From Entomortierella parvispora E1425 (lineage: Eukaryota; Fungi; Mortierellomycota), in assembly GCA_020891255.1 (NCBI GenBank), contig BQFW01000014.1, positions 558,001-622,000 on the forward strand: 64,000 nucleotides of DNA. Direction: 5' to 3'. This document shows, one piece after another, positions 61,452 to 64,000 of the stretch (the first letter of the stretch is position 1; each line of letters starts with the position of its first letter). The translations under genes and the position numbers were made by a program. The notes under the pieces are model-generated. The model did no database searches, was not told the origin of the DNA, and saw only the letters and a program-made list of their open reading frames with translations.

Positions 61452-63050
61452 ATGACTATGATCAGGGATATCATTGACAAGATTAAGCACCACGGTCACA
61501 GCCAGGAAGAGCAGGAGCAAAGAGCTATGGCTGAAAAAGTCGCTGAGGAAAAGGCTGCCATCGCTGCTGCCACGGCCGCAGCCGAGAAGAAGCGCCAAAA
61601 GGAAGCTAGCCGTGGACCCGAAATGCACCCCGACTTGCTGGAGCTCTATACCATCACTGATCATGTCCTTGGCGTGGGCACGTTCGCAACTGTCAAGGAG
61701 ATCAAGTTGAAGTCGACCGGAAAATCGTATGCACTCAAGATTATTCTCAAGAAAACCCTTGTCGGTAAGAAAATCCGGCCGTTTTTTATTTTGGTTCTGT
61801 CCCATACATGATAGTCCTAGAGAAAACGTGAACATGGTTGCGAGTGCTCTTTGAACTCATGTTTTATACCTTCTCTTTTTTTGGCGCGTCTCTCAGGAAA
61901 GACAGCGATGCTGGACACAGAAATTTCAGTCCTGTCCAAGGTCCGCCACCCCAACTGCGTGTCGCTACTGGAACTGTTTGAGACCAAGGATGCAGTCTAC
62001 CTGGTAACAGATTTGGCAGAGGGAGGAGAGCTTTTTGACCAGCTGCTTCAGAAGGGATCTTACACTGAGGGGGATGCTGCGAGATTGGTCCATGAGATCC
62101 TCTTGGGTGTTGAATATTTGCACAAGATGGATATTGTTCACCGCGACTTGAAGCCAGAGAATTTGCTCTTCATGGACAAGAGTGAGAACGCTCGCCTGAT
62201 GATTACGGACTTTGGACTGAGCAAGGTTTTGACCAGCGGAAACGATGTCTTGATGACGGCCTGTGGTACACCCGGCTATGTAGCTCCCGAGGTCTTGGAG
62301 CAGATTGGACATGGCAAGCCTGTTGATATCTGGAGTATTGGTGTTATCGCATACACATTGCTCTGCGGATATACCCCATTCTGGGGAGAAGGTAAGTTTT
62401 TTGGTCGACGTACCCAAAGATGTCTTTGTGAGTGACATAAATTTCAGCAAGTCTAACCATGTTTATTACTCTGCGTTTTTTTAGATCAACCTTCGCTGTT
62501 CGAGAGTATCATCTCGGGAGAGTACGAGTACGAGGAAGAGTACTGGAAGGATGTTTCGCCCCTCGCCAAATCCTTTATTGACTCGCTTCTGGTCCGACCA
62601 GCTGAGAAGAGACCCACGGCAACGCAGGCTTTGAACCACCCTTGGTTCCGTACCATGCTCGAGGCCGACATGGTCACGCCCACTTCGCCTATCGAAGACA
62701 GTGTCAACCTGTTGCCTGGAATGCGCAAGAACTTCAATGCCCGCTCAGCTTTCAAGAAGGCAGTTCGCGCTGTTGGACTTTTGCGCAAGATGCAGGCTGC
62801 CTCCTCGGGTTCCTCAGGGTCGTCGTTTGGCTCGGGTGAGGATTTGAGGTCACAGAACGAAGTGGTTGTGGGTGGCAAGAAGGTTGGCGGACGACCCACG
62901 AGTATGGGCTTGAGTTTCCACGACGTCGTGAGTGCAGCGTTGATCAACAAGAAGGGCCTGGACCTTGGCTCTGAAGTTGAGGAAACCGATGACGAGAACT
63001 TGGATCAGGTGAACGCGGTCTTGAAGGATTTGACCATCAAGGATGTATAA
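61452..63050 (+). CDS. CMK1: Ca2+/calmodulin-dependent protein kinase (Cmk1/Cmk2 family)
   Basis: Exons 61452-61764, 61897-62391, 62485-63050. Motifs LGVGTFATV, YALKII, HRDLKPENLLF, ITDFGLSK, TACGTPGYVAPE; CaM-binding segment NFNARSAFKKAVRAV. The start could be 61452 or 61458. Confidence 0.93.
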
Positions 63051-63139
63051 ACGGAGTCGACACGGACGAGCTTCTATATCGAGGAACTTGCAGGAGAATG
63101 ATACCCTGATAATAAAGAAAACAAAACATCTACATTTAT

Positions 63140-63837
63140 TTGATGAGCTACATCTCTGACAGACCAATATATATCAGCAATATCCGGCATGGAGATATCG
63201 AGGCTTTCTCTCCTTCGCTTCGTAGGCCAATTACAATCGAGAACTTCTCCGACCCGTCCCAGTTTCGATCATCACCGAGTCCCCAGAGCTCATTTTTCAC
63301 TACCAATCCAACGACTGAGATCTGGGTTTCTGTCAATACTACGAATTGAGCATGAGCGACAGCGATGCGGTCCGAGAGCTGTTCACTTTGACTGGAGAAG
63401 AGGATTGTTTCTTCTGCCCTCTCTGATACCTCAGTCGTGAGATGGCCAGGACCAAGCCAACTTGCAACTCTCGATTCAACTGTGGTCGTGATACGCCCTT
63501 GGTCGATGCAAGTTACAGCTCTTCAAGCACCGGCCGTGTTTGTCACTCTGCTGATAGCCAGCCCGTCTTTGGAAGTGGCGATGCTGTCCCTGGTTACTCA
63601 CAGACTGGAGACCATGCTCAGTTCTCCAGACAAGTGATTGATCGATGGACTACCTTTTCCAAGGGAGCCAGTCCAAATCCTAAGCCTAGCCAACAGGGGG
63701 TGTAGAGTTGACCTATCCCACTGAACAAGCATCAGCTAGTTGCCCAACGACAACCCGAACTCCTCGGCCTTCAGAGTGCAATGTTGAGCAATCTGGAGAA
63801 TGCCCCTTGCACGTGGCTCGATGCCGCCTTGCAATAA
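63140..63837 (+). pseudogene. C-terminal relic of a type-B carboxylesterase gene (stops and frameshifts)
   Basis: Reads YYELSMSDSDAVRELF...CFFCPL*YLSREMARTKPTCNSRFNCGRDTPLV...TGRVCHSADSQPVFGSG...FSRQVIDRWTTFSKGASPNP...GV*...NLENAPCTWLDAALQ*. CHSAD is the catalytic His motif, and W..F.K...PN is the conserved C-terminal motif. Stops at 63424-63426 and 63703-63705. The 5' limit is approximate. Confidence 0.78.
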
Positions 63838-64000
63838 TTCTGGCTCCAGTCCCCGGGCAACACGTCTCAAAGCTGAATGAGCAAAGTCATTTATTTATCG
63901 ATATATTCTGCGCGGATAACAAAAGTCCTTTTCAAAACAAACCTCAGTACAACAGCGAACATGAAAAGGCCCGAAGATCCTGAAGTTACTGTCCTGTCAT

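Noticed and set aside
1-64000. Transposons, CRISPR arrays, rRNA, secondary-metabolite cluster
   Set aside because: No transposase, RT or integrase motifs, terminal repeats, repeat-spacer arrays, rRNA-like sequence, or NRPS/PKS/terpene synthase genes were seen.

Overview
Intron-rich fungal genomic DNA. Gene content and protein sequences point to an early-diverging lineage, most likely Mortierellaceae (inference). I reconstructed exon structures by hand from GT-AG sites and reading-frame continuity. About 20 protein genes are present: two tandem 4-TM membrane-protein paralogs, a mitochondrial alpha-ketoacid dehydrogenase kinase, ERG8, a small secreted TIL-type 10-Cys protein, a 14-exon KAT14/ATAC2-like acetyltransferase, an Nrg1-type C2H2 factor behind a ~10 kb gene-free region, RTT109, a GCN4/cpc-1-like bZIP with two uORFs, an EF-hand type II NAD(P)H dehydrogenase, SWR1, a small single-TM protein, SF3B4/HSH49, MTO1, LIP5, a GPI-anchored CE4 protein lacking its catalytic residues, a conserved membrane protein, a full-size ABCG transporter with one frameshift, and a CaMK. 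The main finding is a two-exon gene absent from the ORF track (35524-35879). It encodes a signal peptide, a propeptide and a C-x6-C-x5-CC-x3-C-x6-C knottin, the same cysteine spacing as baculovirus conotoxin-like peptides. Decayed N- and C-terminal fragments of a type-B carboxylesterase gene lie at the two window ends in opposite orientation, as if split by a ~63 kb inversion. I found no tRNA, rRNA, CRISPR array or recognisable transposon.
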